A stretch of DNA of 63,576 nucleotides, the filler included, from an uncultured Synergistales bacterium (GTDB lineage: Bacteria > Synergistota > Synergistia > Synergistales > Aminobacteriaceae): the NCBI GenBank assembly GCA_937897575.1. It is 6 parts of 6 records of this genome, joined end to end, with 100 filler letters (N's around TTAATTAATTAA, not from the genome) between each part and the next. Parts side by side here need not be neighbours in the genome. Positions count along the whole stretch, not along the records: positions 46,524 to 54,854 come from CALCQG010000125.1; positions 54,955 to 61,467 come from CALCQG010000126.1; 4 more parts are not named here. One strand, 5' to 3'. Positions 49,217 through 58,529 of the stretch are shown here, in pieces (position 1 is the stretch's first letter; the number at the start of each line of letters is the position of its first letter). A program made the position numbers and the translations under genes. The notes beneath the pieces were generated by a model. The model did no database searches, was not told the origin of the DNA, and saw only the letters and a program-made list of their open reading frames with translations.

Positions 49217-50295
49217 ATGAAAGAGACCCGATCACTGAACAGGAGCCCGGAACCCGACGGCGATCTTCTTGAAAAAGCCGCCGCCGCCGGATCGGAGCGG
49301 TTCTTCTCCGCCCTCCCCGACGGAATTCCGACGGGGAACCAGGTGGAGAACGCATCGGCCCTTGCGGCTCAGGCGACGGTCGAAACGCTCTTTCCCCCGC
49401 TCCTCGAACGTCTCGGCGACGGCACGCTCAACGAGGAGCGGCGCAGCGTCCTGACCCTCCGCGTGGAGGACACGCTGCCCCCTCTCGACCTCCCCGGCCC
49501 CGTGCTCGAGGACCATATCCCACCGCTGCGGGTCGCCCTGTTCGCGGCCTTGGGCGCCCTCATCGGCATGGCGATCTCCTCGCCCCTGACGGCCATGCTG
49601 TTCGGCAGCCGCGAGGCCGGGCTCCTGGCCGGAGCCCCCCTCGGCGCCCTGGCCCTGACCCTTGCGTCCTTTCACCTTCCGAAGCGCCCGTGGGTCCTTC
49701 GCAGCCTGATGGTCCTCCTCGGCCTGGGCACCGTCCGGGAGGTCATCGTCTTTCTCGGCGGCGACCTGCTGCTCTTCCGGGGCTGGTCCCTCCTCGGCCA
49801 CCGTCGCTCATCCCTCGTCCGGCTCCTCCTCTACCCCGCGCTTATCGCCCTGCTCGTCATCGCGGGCAGACGAACGGTCCGCTACGACGAGAAAGGGTAC
49901 CGGGAGACCATCCGTCACGCGCTGACGGCCTGGGCCGACGGAGCGGCCAGGACTGTGGCCCTCGTGGCCGGCGTGCCTCAGGCCCCCGCGCTCAGCGGCA
50001 AGGCGTCGGACCTCCCGGAGCTCGCCTCGAAGGTGCTGGCCTTGCAGGACGGAGCTCAAAAGCTTGCAAAAGATATTGAGCCCCGGCCTTGGACGAGCTG
50101 GCCCGGCACGTGCAGAATCTTGGCTTCTGGCAGGAGACGACGGACGGCACCCTCGTCTGGGAGGAGCCCATGGCCGACCGGTACACGCCCTTCGGCCTCG
50201 TGGAGCCCGGGGACAGGGTGACGGTGGAGCGCGAACCCGTCCTCAGGGACGAGACCGTGGTGTCGAAGGGGCTCGTGCGGAGGGTGCGGTCGTGA
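49217..50295 (+). pseudogene. Membrane protein with C-terminal GrpE-like beta domain, split by a -1 frameshift near 50080-50086
   Basis: About 4 TM segments in the 49217 frame; coding-like LDELARHVQNLGF..FGLVEPGDRVTVEREPV..KGLVRRVRS continues in the -1 frame to TGA 50295, overlapping the next GTG. Confidence 0.65.
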
Positions 50296-52262
50296 CCCCC
50301 CGCCCCGTGCTCTCCGTCGACTTCGGGACGACGAAGACCTACTTCTCCAAGTGCCCGGCGGAGGACCCGTCTCCCGTGAGCGTGGACTTCGGCGACGGTC
50401 GGGATGGCCTTCTGACGGCCATCCTCTACCGCGACGGAAAGGATCCCCTCATCGGCCAGACGGCCCTGGACGAATTTGGCGAGGCGACGACCGGGGAGCG
50501 CGCGGGACTCCGCCTCGTCACGAACTTCAAGCCTGAAATCGCCCTGTCCGGGGAGGCACGGACCGCCGCAACGGACTACCTCGCCGCCGTCCTCGCCGAG
50601 GCGGGGAGGCAGCGCCTCGATGTCGACCCTTCCGTCCGCCAGGTCCTCTTCGGCGTCCCCAGCGAGGCGGACGACGGATACAGGGCAGCCCTGAAAAGGG
50701 TTGCCGAGGCGGCCGGGTACGGGACGCCCGAGTTCGTAGACGAGCCCAAGGGTGCCCTTCTCTATCATCTCAAGCAGCGGGAGATATCGGTGGACCAAGC
50801 CCTCGGCGGCGTCCTCGTCGTGGACTTCGGAGGAGGGACCTGCGACTTCGCCCTGCTCGAGGGCGGCCGGGTGACCCACTCCTGGGGGGACATGCTCCTC
50901 GGGGGGCGCCTCTTCGACGACCTCTTCCACCAGTGGCTCCTCGACCAGAACCCCGGGCTCGAGGAGGATCTGAAGGCACGGGGGGCCTCCTACTTCGTCG
51001 GGACCTACCTCTGCCGCGAGGCGAAGGAGTTCTTCTCCCGGTCCCAGGCGCGGGACAGGACCACCGCCGTCTCGAAAGTCTTCCCCAGGTACGGGCGCTT
51101 CACGGACCTCACCTGGGAGGAGTTCGTCGAGCGAGGAACGCACTACAGCCCGTCGCGCCTCATCCGGCAGGCCTTCGGCGCCGGCGCGGGGAACACCCTT
51201 TCCGACGGGGAGCGGGACCTGTTCCTCTGGTTCAGGAAGAGCCTGACGGAGGGGCTCCGGTCGAAGGGAATCGCGAACGAGCGGATAACCATCGTCATCC
51301 TGTCGGGCGGAAGCAGCCTCTGGCCCTTCGTGCCGGACATCCTGAAGGAGGAGCTCCCCCATCTCGAAGACCAGGCCATCCTGCGCAGCGACCGCCCCTA
51401 CGCCGTGATCTCCATGGGCATCTCCGTCCTGCCCGCCCTGAAGAGGAAGTTCGCCCGGGTCCGGGACGCTCTGAGGGAGGAGCTCCCCGTCTTCATCGAC
51501 GAGGAGATCCGTCCCCTCCTCGAGAGCCGGTGTGCCCTCGTGGAGGACAGGATCGTCGCCTGGAGCCGGGCGACGATCTTTCAGCAGGGTGTCGGCCCCG
51601 TGCTGGAACGCTTCAGGGCGAAGGGCGGCTCCCTCTCCTCCCTGCGGAAGGAGCTGAAAAAACAGGTGACGCTGCGGGAGGCGGACCTGCGCAAAACCAT
51701 AGGCGACGCCCTCCCCCTGCTCCTCTCGGGGCTTCGGGGCGAGGCCAGGGAGCTCCTCGCCGAATGGTTTTCGGCCCACGGCATAGCGCTGCCCAAACGG
51801 GACTTCCCCCTCTCCGCGGACCCGGCCCAGAGGAGCGACACCATCCTGTCCACCAGAGCCATCGGCGTCGAGGGGATGTTCGACGCGCTCCAAACCGTGC
51901 TCGGCGGCCTTCTCACCGCCGTGACCGCCGTCCTCAGCGGCGGGGCGGGGACCGCCCTGATCGCATCGGGCCCCGTGGGCTTCGTCCTGGGCGGCGTCCT
52001 CGGCGCCTCGATCGCCTATCTGCTGGCGCGGTACGGCAAGGAAAAGGCCAGGACCTTCGTGGAGGATCTGAACCTGCCGCCCGCGGTAGCCGGCCTTCTC
52101 ATCGACGAAGGACGGATCGCCGCGCTCCAGGAGGAGCTGTCGACGAACCTCCGGGCCCACCTCGAGGAACGGCTGGCCCCCACCCGGAGCCAGCTCGAGG
52201 GGCACATCCAGAACCTCGTCCTCGACGAGATGAACGCGCTGAACGAGATCAACAGCTTCTGA
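50292..52262 (+). CDS. Atypical Hsp70-family ATPase with C-terminal helical region and Gly-rich hydrophobic hairpin
   Basis: VDFGTTKT, GVP, DEPKGA, VVDFGGGTCD, LGGRLFD, EAKE, LSGGSS; no recognisable DnaK substrate-binding domain. Confidence 0.85.
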   Translation: MTPRPVLSVDFGTTKTYFSKCPAEDPSPVSVDFGDGRDGLLTAILYRDGKDPLIGQTALDEFGEATTGERAGLRLVTNFKPEIALSGEARTAATDYLAAVLAEAGRQRLDVDPSVRQVLFGVPSEADDGYRAALKRVAEAAGYGTPEFVDEPKGALLYHLKQREISVDQALGGVLVVDFGGGTCDFALLEGGRVTHSWGDMLLGGRLFDDLFHQWLLDQNPGLEEDLKARGASYFVGTYLCREAKEFFSRSQARDRTTAVSKVFPRYGRFTDLTWEEFVERGTHYSPSRLIRQAFGAGAGNTLSDGERDLFLWFRKSLTEGLRSKGIANERITIVILSGGSSLWPFVPDILKEELPHLEDQAILRSDRPYAVISMGISVLPALKRKFARVRDALREELPVFIDEEIRPLLESRCALVEDRIVAWSRATIFQQGVGPVLERFRAKGGSLSSLRKELKKQVTLREADLRKTIGDALPLLLSGLRGEARELLAEWFSAHGIALPKRDFPLSADPAQRSDTILSTRAIGVEGMFDALQTVLGGLLTAVTAVLSGGAGTALIASGPVGFVLGGVLGASIAYLLARYGKEKARTFVEDLNLPPAVAGLLIDEGRIAALQEELSTNLRAHLEERLAPTRSQLEGHIQNLVLDEMNALNEINSF

Positions 52263-52459
52263 AGAGGTCTATTCCGAAGAGCAAGCGGGGAGAACACCCT
52301 TTGCTGCCGTGCGATCCTGCGGGTTATATTTGCGTGTTCTCCCGCGCCTTGATGATGAGCGCCGGAGCTGTTGTCTGTCTGGGGATGCAGGTCGCAACAG
52401 GCGCCAGGAAGATGGCCGGGAGATGTGAGGCCCGTACGGCCGCTGCCAGGCCCATACCC

Positions 52460-53242
52460 TTACCGGTAGTGCACGACCTCCACGCCCTCGGCCGCTATGA
52501 GCGCCTCCAGAGCTGCAATCCGCTCCGGGGACGGAGTGCTGAAGGAGTGCCACAGGTTCTCCATGCCGAGCATGACGTACTTCACCCGTCCGAAGTCATG
52601 GTAGGGCAGGAGCTCCATTTTCCGGGACGGCAGGGCCTCCCGGACGAAGGCGGCGGTGCGGCGGATGTTCTCGTCGTCGTCGTTGACCCCCGAAATGAGC
52701 GGCACCCGGGCCACCGTCTCAACGCCGAGGCGCCCGACTCGCCGGATGTTCTCGAGGATCCGTCCGTTGTCCACGCCGGTGAGCGCTCTGTGCCGTGCGC
52801 TGTCCATATGCTTTATGTCCACGAACAGAAAGTCCAGCATGGCCAGGATGTCCTCGCACTGATCCCATTCGAAGTTGCAGCTCGTCTCCGCGGCCTGGGA
52901 TATGCCCAGCTCGGCGCAGGCCGTCACAAGGATACGAAGGTTGTCGGGGAAGAGGAAGGGACCTCCCCCCGACCACGTGACGCCGCCCCCCGAGGCGCGG
53001 AAGAAGATCATGGAGGGCCGTATCTCCTCCACCACCTCGGACGCGGTCATGAACCGGCCGAAGACCTCGGTCGAGCCGTCCGGGAGCCGTCCCTCCACCG
53101 GAAGGGGGGACCATGTCTCCGGGTTGGAGCACCACTTGCAGCGAAGGGTGCACCCGGACAGGAACACGGTGGTCCGGATGCCCTCGCCGTCGTTGACGGA
53201 CATGTGCTGAATCTGTGAGACGCAGATCCGCCCGTCGTTCAC
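52460..53242 (-). CDS. Glycyl-radical enzyme activating enzyme (radical SAM, short form)
   Basis: DGEGIRTTVFLSGCTLRCKWCSNPE, DIKHMD, RVPLI, LLPYH. Confidence 0.92.
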   Translation of the reverse strand: MNDGRICVSQIQHMSVNDGEGIRTTVFLSGCTLRCKWCSNPETWSPLPVEGRLPDGSTEVFGRFMTASEVVEEIRPSMIFFRASGGGVTWSGGGPFLFPDNLRILVTACAELGISQAAETSCNFEWDQCEDILAMLDFLFVDIKHMDSARHRALTGVDNGRILENIRRVGRLGVETVARVPLISGVNDDDENIRRTAAFVREALPSRKMELLPYHDFGRVKYVMLGMENLWHSFSTPSPERIAALEALIAAEGVEVVHYR

Positions 53243-53248
53243 TGCCGT

Positions 53249-54853
53249 CTAGAAGGAGCCGTGCTCCGTCCGGGCGATGATGGCCTCCTGCATCTCGGGG
53301 GACAGGTTCACGAACTGGGTGCTGTACCCCGCCACGCGGACGAGCAGGTCCCTGTACTCCTCGGGGTGCGCCTGGGCCTTGCGGAGGGTCTCTGTGGAGA
53401 CGGTATTGAACTGCACGTGGAACGCCCCGAGGGAGAAGTAGGCCCGGATCATGGCGCCGAGGTTGCGCAGCCCCCTCGGTGAGTTCACCATCTCCTTGTT
53501 GAGCCGGAGGTTCAGCAGCGTGCCCCCTGTCTGGACGTCGTGGTTCACCTTGGCCGCCGAGCGCATGGCCGCGAGGGGTGTGGACACGTCGGTCCCCGCG
53601 AAGGGCGAGACACCCTCCGTGAGCGGCGCTCTCGCCTTCCGGCCGCAGGGCAGGGCTCCGACCACCTTCCCCGTGGGGACGTAGTTCGATATCCCCATGA
53701 AGGCCGTGTTGAAGGGCGACCCGAAGACGTCCTTGTGACGTCGCGTCGTCCGGTAGTAGAAGTCCGAGATCTCCCGGGCGTACCTGTCCACCGCCTCGTT
53801 ATCGTTCCCGTACTTCGGCGCCGCGAGCGCCCTCTTGCGAAGGTCCTCGTGACCGACCCAGTCGTCGTCCATGGCTTTGGCCAGCTCGCCGAGAGTCGCG
53901 GAGCGGTCCTCGAAGACCAGCTTCTCGATGGCCGCCAGGCCGTTGGCCACCACGCTGAGTCCGATGCCGGTGAGCACCGGCCCCACGTTGTACACGGCGC
54001 CGCCCTTCGAGAGGTCCAGCCCCTTTTCCATGCAGCCGTCCACGCAGGTCGACAGGAAGGGGCGCGGGACCATCTCCATGTGGAGCTTCTGAGCCACCAC
54101 GCTGCTGATGACCGAATGGTCGATGAGGTTGGCCAGCTGTCGCTCGAAGGCCTCCTGTATCTCGCCGACGGACCGGAACTCCGCCAGCGGCTTCTCGGGC
54201 AGGCCCATGAGCTCGCCTGTGAGGCGGCTCTTCCCCTCGTTCAGGGCGTACTCCAGTGCCGCGCCGAAGTTCACGTTCACCGCCGAGGTCCACTCCCCCG
54301 TCTTCCGGAAGTGCGGCACGACGCAGCCGCAGTTGTTCCAATCCCTGGCGTCCTCGGGCTCATATCCGGCCTGGAGGAGCATCTGAGCCCCCGCCTGGTC
54401 GTTATGGATCGCCGGAAAGCCCATCCCTGTGCTCACAAGCTTCGACACGGCCATGAGAAACTCCTCAGGGCAATCGGCGGCGATGCGCACCGAGAGCCCC
54501 GGCTGGTGCGTCTTCATGCTCTCCGTGGCCCTCAGGCAGATGTAGGAGAGCTCGTTGGTGCCGTCGCTGCCGTCGCGCTTCCGGCCGCCCACGGTCAGGT
54601 TCTGGAACTGGTTGTACCCCGCGAAGTAGTTCGCCGTGTTGCCCGAGATGGTCCAGACCCACTCGGAGAACTTGAGCCACAGGCACTCCACGAGCTCTTG
54701 GGCCTTCGTCTCGTCGAGCCGCCCCGCCTCCACGTCGGCCTTGAAGTAGGGGTACATGTACTGGTCGAACCGTCCCGGGTTGAGGGCCAGGGGGTTCTCC
54801 GAGAGGACGGCGCAGAGCTGGACGAACCAGACGAACTGGCAGGCCTCGTGGAA
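53249..54853 (-). CDS. Glycyl radical enzyme of unknown substrate, 5' truncated
   Basis: GRFDQYMYP, KYGND, HVQFN, C-terminal LLVRVAGYS; Cys loop NNCGCVVP. Confidence 0.92.
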   Translation of the reverse strand, partial: FHEACQFVWFVQLCAVLSENPLALNPGRFDQYMYPYFKADVEAGRLDETKAQELVECLWLKFSEWVWTISGNTANYFAGYNQFQNLTVGGRKRDGSDGTNELSYICLRATESMKTHQPGLSVRIAADCPEEFLMAVSKLVSTGMGFPAIHNDQAGAQMLLQAGYEPEDARDWNNCGCVVPHFRKTGEWTSAVNVNFGAALEYALNEGKSRLTGELMGLPEKPLAEFRSVGEIQEAFERQLANLIDHSVISSVVAQKLHMEMVPRPFLSTCVDGCMEKGLDLSKGGAVYNVGPVLTGIGLSVVANGLAAIEKLVFEDRSATLGELAKAMDDDWVGHEDLRKRALAAPKYGNDNEAVDRYAREISDFYYRTTRRHKDVFGSPFNTAFMGISNYVPTGKVVGALPCGRKARAPLTEGVSPFAGTDVSTPLAAMRSAAKVNHDVQTGGTLLNLRLNKEMVNSPRGLRNLGAMIRAYFSLGAFHVQFNTVSTETLRKAQAHPEEYRDLLVRVAGYSTQFVNLSPEMQEAIIARTEHGSF

Positions 54854-54854
54854 C

Positions 54855-54954
54855 NNNNNNNNNNNNNNNNNNNNNNNNNNNNNNNNNNNNNNNNNNNNTT
54901 AATTAATTAANNNNNNNNNNNNNNNNNNNNNNNNNNNNNNNNNNNNNNNNNNNN
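54855..54954. other. Artificial contig linker
   Basis: N-run with TTAATTAATTAA. Confidence 0.97.
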
Positions 54955-55192
54955 CCGGGCCCACGGTCGGTCCCAGAACACGAGAAGATCCACCTGCCTC
55001 ACCCTTTCGCTCTCAAAGAGGAAAAGAGCACCCCTTGTCTGCTTCTCACACCCACCACGATCTGCCGCTCACCAAAAAGACGAGGGTAGACCAGCCCCGA
55101 GAACGTGGACCTCTTCCGAAAGGCCATGCCTCGAACCTGTTTCTTCTCGCCCGAACAATCCCTGAGAAGTTTCGTCACAAAGAGCCCCTGGA

Positions 55193-56830
55193 TCAGTCTT
55201 CTTGTACGCGTTCGCGGGCTGGCATTCGCTCCGCTCCCAGCCGTTCCTCCAGGCTTTGCAGAAAGTCCAGAGCCCGAAGACCGAGATCGGAGTACCCGCT
55301 ACCCAGCAAAGCCCGCTCCTCCTTCGAAAAGAGGCCCGCCATCTCGAAAGGGTCACGCTTTACCCACCGCCCGAAGAGACCCGTGATACGTCGCATGGCC
55401 CTCGGGGAGACGAATCGCTTCGCTGCGTCTTTGATACGCTTTCTTCTGTGCTGGGCGTCCGTTGCGTTGAAGGGGGTCCGTCCCAGAGGCAACCCCGCCG
55501 CCTGGGCAAATCGTCGCCGGACATAGGAGACATAGAAGGTCCGATCAGCCACGAGGGAGAGCGGTGCCGCCGCGTATGTCGACGCGTACTCGCTGTCCCA
55601 AAGGGGCAGCCACCAGGTGTGTCCCAAAAACGTGTACAGCTGGTTCCATGCGATGAGGTTCTTGGCCTGACACTCTCTCCAGACCCAGGTGTCCGCCAGG
55701 CAGACCCAGTCCTCCTTCGTCTTCGGGGCGTAACGCTCCACGAGCGGCCGGATTCCGCGGGCACTGATCTCGAGGGGGACATCCTTTCTCACCGCGAAGT
55801 AGAGATCCCGGATGAGAGAACAGAACGCCACCTCTCCTCTGATCCCTCTTTTCTCCCAGAACTCGTCCAGGTTGTCGGTGATGCGGTCCACCACGACCGT
55901 GTGGCCGGGAGCAAAGACGCTCCCTTCAGGGAAAACGCTCCGGCGCGTCAGATCGAGGAGCGCCGGAAGATCCTGGATAATCGGCAACCAGCTCGCACCT
56001 GATGCGTACTCCATATACCCCTTCATCTCGGGGCTCCGGTACCATCGGTGCCAGTCCCCGGGACCATAGGGCACGAAGTGCCACGGAAGATCCAGAGCCT
56101 CCGCCACGAACCGGCTCCACTTCGACTCTTTGTTCCCGGGAGATCCGTAGGTGAACGTCCGGACATCCGGGTAGCCGAGGCGCTTCAGCATGGTCACAGT
56201 GAGGCGCGAGTCATACCCCCCGCTCAGGGGGACCACGATGGGGCGTCCGGCGGCGTACTCCGTCAGACGGCGAAAGGACGACTCCAGAGCCCTGTCCATG
56301 GTCTCCGCCAGCTCGTCCTCGTCTCCTTCGAACGACGGCTCATGGCGATAGATGTAATAGTCCTCCTGAGTACTGGATATATCGCCCCGGCCATCTCGTT
56401 CGAGGAAGACCACCTCCCCCGCCTGAACCTGCTTCACGCTTCTGAAAAGCGTGTCCCGGCCGGTGACGGACCGCAGCCACAGGAACTCTTTCCTGGCCTC
56501 TCCGTCCACCGAGCGGTCCCCCGTATACTCCAACACCTGGTATGCGTCATCGCTGACGAAGAGACTTCCGTCTTTATGCCCGTAGAACAGGGGCAAGCCT
56601 CGCACCCGGTCTACGGCCATCCACCCTTGCCGTCCGTCCCAGCAGACAACGCTGAAGAATCCGTTGGCCTGCCGCAGGAAGGAGAACACCGCCTCACGGC
56701 CGATCAGGCCGCCGACATGATCCGACAGCGCCGGCCCCGAGAGCATTCGACCTCCCAGGAAGACCGTCCCCCGAACCTGTGCCCTGCCGCCGGTCCAACC
56801 CCTCTTCAGATGCAGCGCTACGCCTGCCAT
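55193..56830 (-). CDS. Asparagine-synthetase-like PP-loop protein in a polysaccharide locus
   Basis: NGFFS, VDRVRGLPLFY, VPLSGGYDSR, PGH, LPLWD. Confidence 0.8.
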   Translation of the reverse strand: MAGVALHLKRGWTGGRAQVRGTVFLGGRMLSGPALSDHVGGLIGREAVFSFLRQANGFFSVVCWDGRQGWMAVDRVRGLPLFYGHKDGSLFVSDDAYQVLEYTGDRSVDGEARKEFLWLRSVTGRDTLFRSVKQVQAGEVVFLERDGRGDISSTQEDYYIYRHEPSFEGDEDELAETMDRALESSFRRLTEYAAGRPIVVPLSGGYDSRLTVTMLKRLGYPDVRTFTYGSPGNKESKWSRFVAEALDLPWHFVPYGPGDWHRWYRSPEMKGYMEYASGASWLPIIQDLPALLDLTRRSVFPEGSVFAPGHTVVVDRITDNLDEFWEKRGIRGEVAFCSLIRDLYFAVRKDVPLEISARGIRPLVERYAPKTKEDWVCLADTWVWRECQAKNLIAWNQLYTFLGHTWWLPLWDSEYASTYAAAPLSLVADRTFYVSYVRRRFAQAAGLPLGRTPFNATDAQHRRKRIKDAAKRFVSPRAMRRITGLFGRWVKRDPFEMAGLFSKEERALLGSGYSDLGLRALDFLQSLEERLGAERMPARERVQED

Positions 56831-56949
56831 GACATCACCGTCTCCGAGGCCCGCTTCGCCCCGTCAAAGCATATGCATAATATTTTCCCAAGTTTCCGGA
56901 AGATCGTCAACGAGCTGCGGTGGGCGTACAGACCGAGGAAAGGGGGTCA

Positions 56950-57310
56950 CGGCGTTTTTCCAGCAAGAGGGGCTGCGGCTCTCTTGCTCATTCATTCCCT
57001 GGGAGATCTCGCGGGGTGGCGACGGCCCGGCCGGACAAGGTGTCGGCGGGGGCGAAGCGGGCGACGGTGGTGGCCCGGCGGCGGAAGTGACTGGGAGGAG
57101 GACCGACGCCACCGGCAAGGAGTTCCGAGGTCTTAGGCTCGACGAGGCCGTCCATGCCCCGGCCGCCTCGAAGAGGGGTGGGAGGCCCTGTACCGAATGA
57201 ACCCCGAGAACCGTCATAGTTTGGGTACGAGGTGTCGGGAGCGGGTCGAGCGCCATTTTTCCATGGCGCTGTTCGCGGAGCGGTCCAAGGTGGTCTGGAG
57301 CAAGTACGCC
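56950..57310 (+). pseudogene. Degenerate GT4 glycosyltransferase C-terminal remnant
   Basis: Fragments QEGLRL..GGPAAEVTG..TG and LGTRCRERVERHFSMALFAER in different frames; boundaries approximate. Confidence 0.4.
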
Positions 57311-57413
57311 CGATTTTCCTGGGGCGGCGACATTTTCGGAAGAGTGCAGGAGCATCTCCCCATGAGTGTGCAGGGAATTTTTCCGGAAACATGGAGGGAC
57401 GAAGGTCCCTCGC

Positions 57414-58529
57414 TCACTTCTCCTGAGCCAGCTCGCGGTACAGCGCGCTCGTGAGGCGTCCGGCCTCTTTCCAGCTGTAGTGCCGATCCAGTGCCTCCCA
57501 GACGGCCTCGTCCACCGCGGGCAACCCGCGCTCTCTGACCTCGGTGACGATCGATTCAAGGAGGGAGCGAAGGGAGGGGACGTCGGTCTTTTCGAGCACC
57601 CACCCCGGGCGGCCGAACAGAAAGGGGGCGTCAAGCTCTCCGGCGCGGGAGACGAGGAGGAGCTTCCGCGCGCCCAGGGCCGACAGCAGCAGCCCGCTCT
57701 GGGATATCCTCCTGTAGGGCATGACCACAATATCCACGCTGCGCAGCAGGGACGCGAACTCCTCATTGGTCAGCTTCCGCGGCACCACCGTCACGTTCCG
57801 CGGCAGATCCTCCGGCAGCGACACCCCGCCGGGCTCCCCCGCCACGACAAGGAGCGCGTCATCCGCCCCGGCGAGGATCTCCGAGCTGCGCCACGCCTCC
57901 ACGGCGATGTCGGTCCCCTTGTAGGGCGACATGATCCCAAGCACCCCGAAGACCACCTTCGACGGATCCTTCTCGAAGAAGAGCGTTCCGCCGTCCCGGG
58001 GAAGGTCGTCCACCGCCAGGGGGCCGTGGTGGACCACCCGCACCCTTTCCGGTGGGATGCCGCCGCGCTCCGTAAGTTCCGCCCTTGTGGTCTCCGTGTG
58101 GACCACCACCCTGTCTGCAGACAGGCACAGCTCCTTCACGGCGCGGGACTGCATCTTCGTACCGTGGAGGCCAAGACCGTCATGGCATGTGAAGACCACC
58201 TTCAGCCTCGGACAGACCCTTCTGGCCAGGGCAAATACCAATCGGTCCACCCGCGGCATCCTCGTCCACTGCACATGGAGCACCTGCGGCCTATGACGGC
58301 GGAGAGCGCAAAGAAGCTTCACCTGGGAGAGGAGGTAGCTCGCCGCCTTCAGCGGCATGGGTTTCCCGGAATAGCGATAGATCCGGTTCACCGACGGCCC
58401 ATCCTGAAACTCGTACCGCTCGTTCCCCCAAAACAGAACCTGGATGTCCGCGTCCAGGTTCTTCAGCAGAGACCGGTCATAGAGCGCCAAATTCCGGTAG
58501 GACATGGGGTCCGAGTACAGGACCTTCAT
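57414..58529 (-). CDS. Glycosyltransferase family 4
   Basis: HVQW, VHT, HG, YKG, MPYRRISQSG. Confidence 0.88.
   Translation of the reverse strand: MKVLYSDPMSYRNLALYDRSLLKNLDADIQVLFWGNERYEFQDGPSVNRIYRYSGKPMPLKAASYLLSQVKLLCALRRHRPQVLHVQWTRMPRVDRLVFALARRVCPRLKVVFTCHDGLGLHGTKMQSRAVKELCLSADRVVVHTETTRAELTERGGIPPERVRVVHHGPLAVDDLPRDGGTLFFEKDPSKVVFGVLGIMSPYKGTDIAVEAWRSSEILAGADDALLVVAGEPGGVSLPEDLPRNVTVVPRKLTNEEFASLLRSVDIVVMPYRRISQSGLLLSALGARKLLLVSRAGELDAPFLFGRPGWVLEKTDVPSLRSLLESIVTEVRERGLPAVDEAVWEALDRHYSWKEAGRLTSALYRELAQEK

Noticed and set aside
50057..50079. Programmed -1 frameshift at the AAAAG runs
   Set aside because: The -1 frame hits TGA at 50077-50079 immediately afterwards.
53249..54853. Calling the GRE pflB, hypD or cutC
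   Set aside because: The Cys loop matches neither CC nor GCVE; no diagnostic neighbours are visible.
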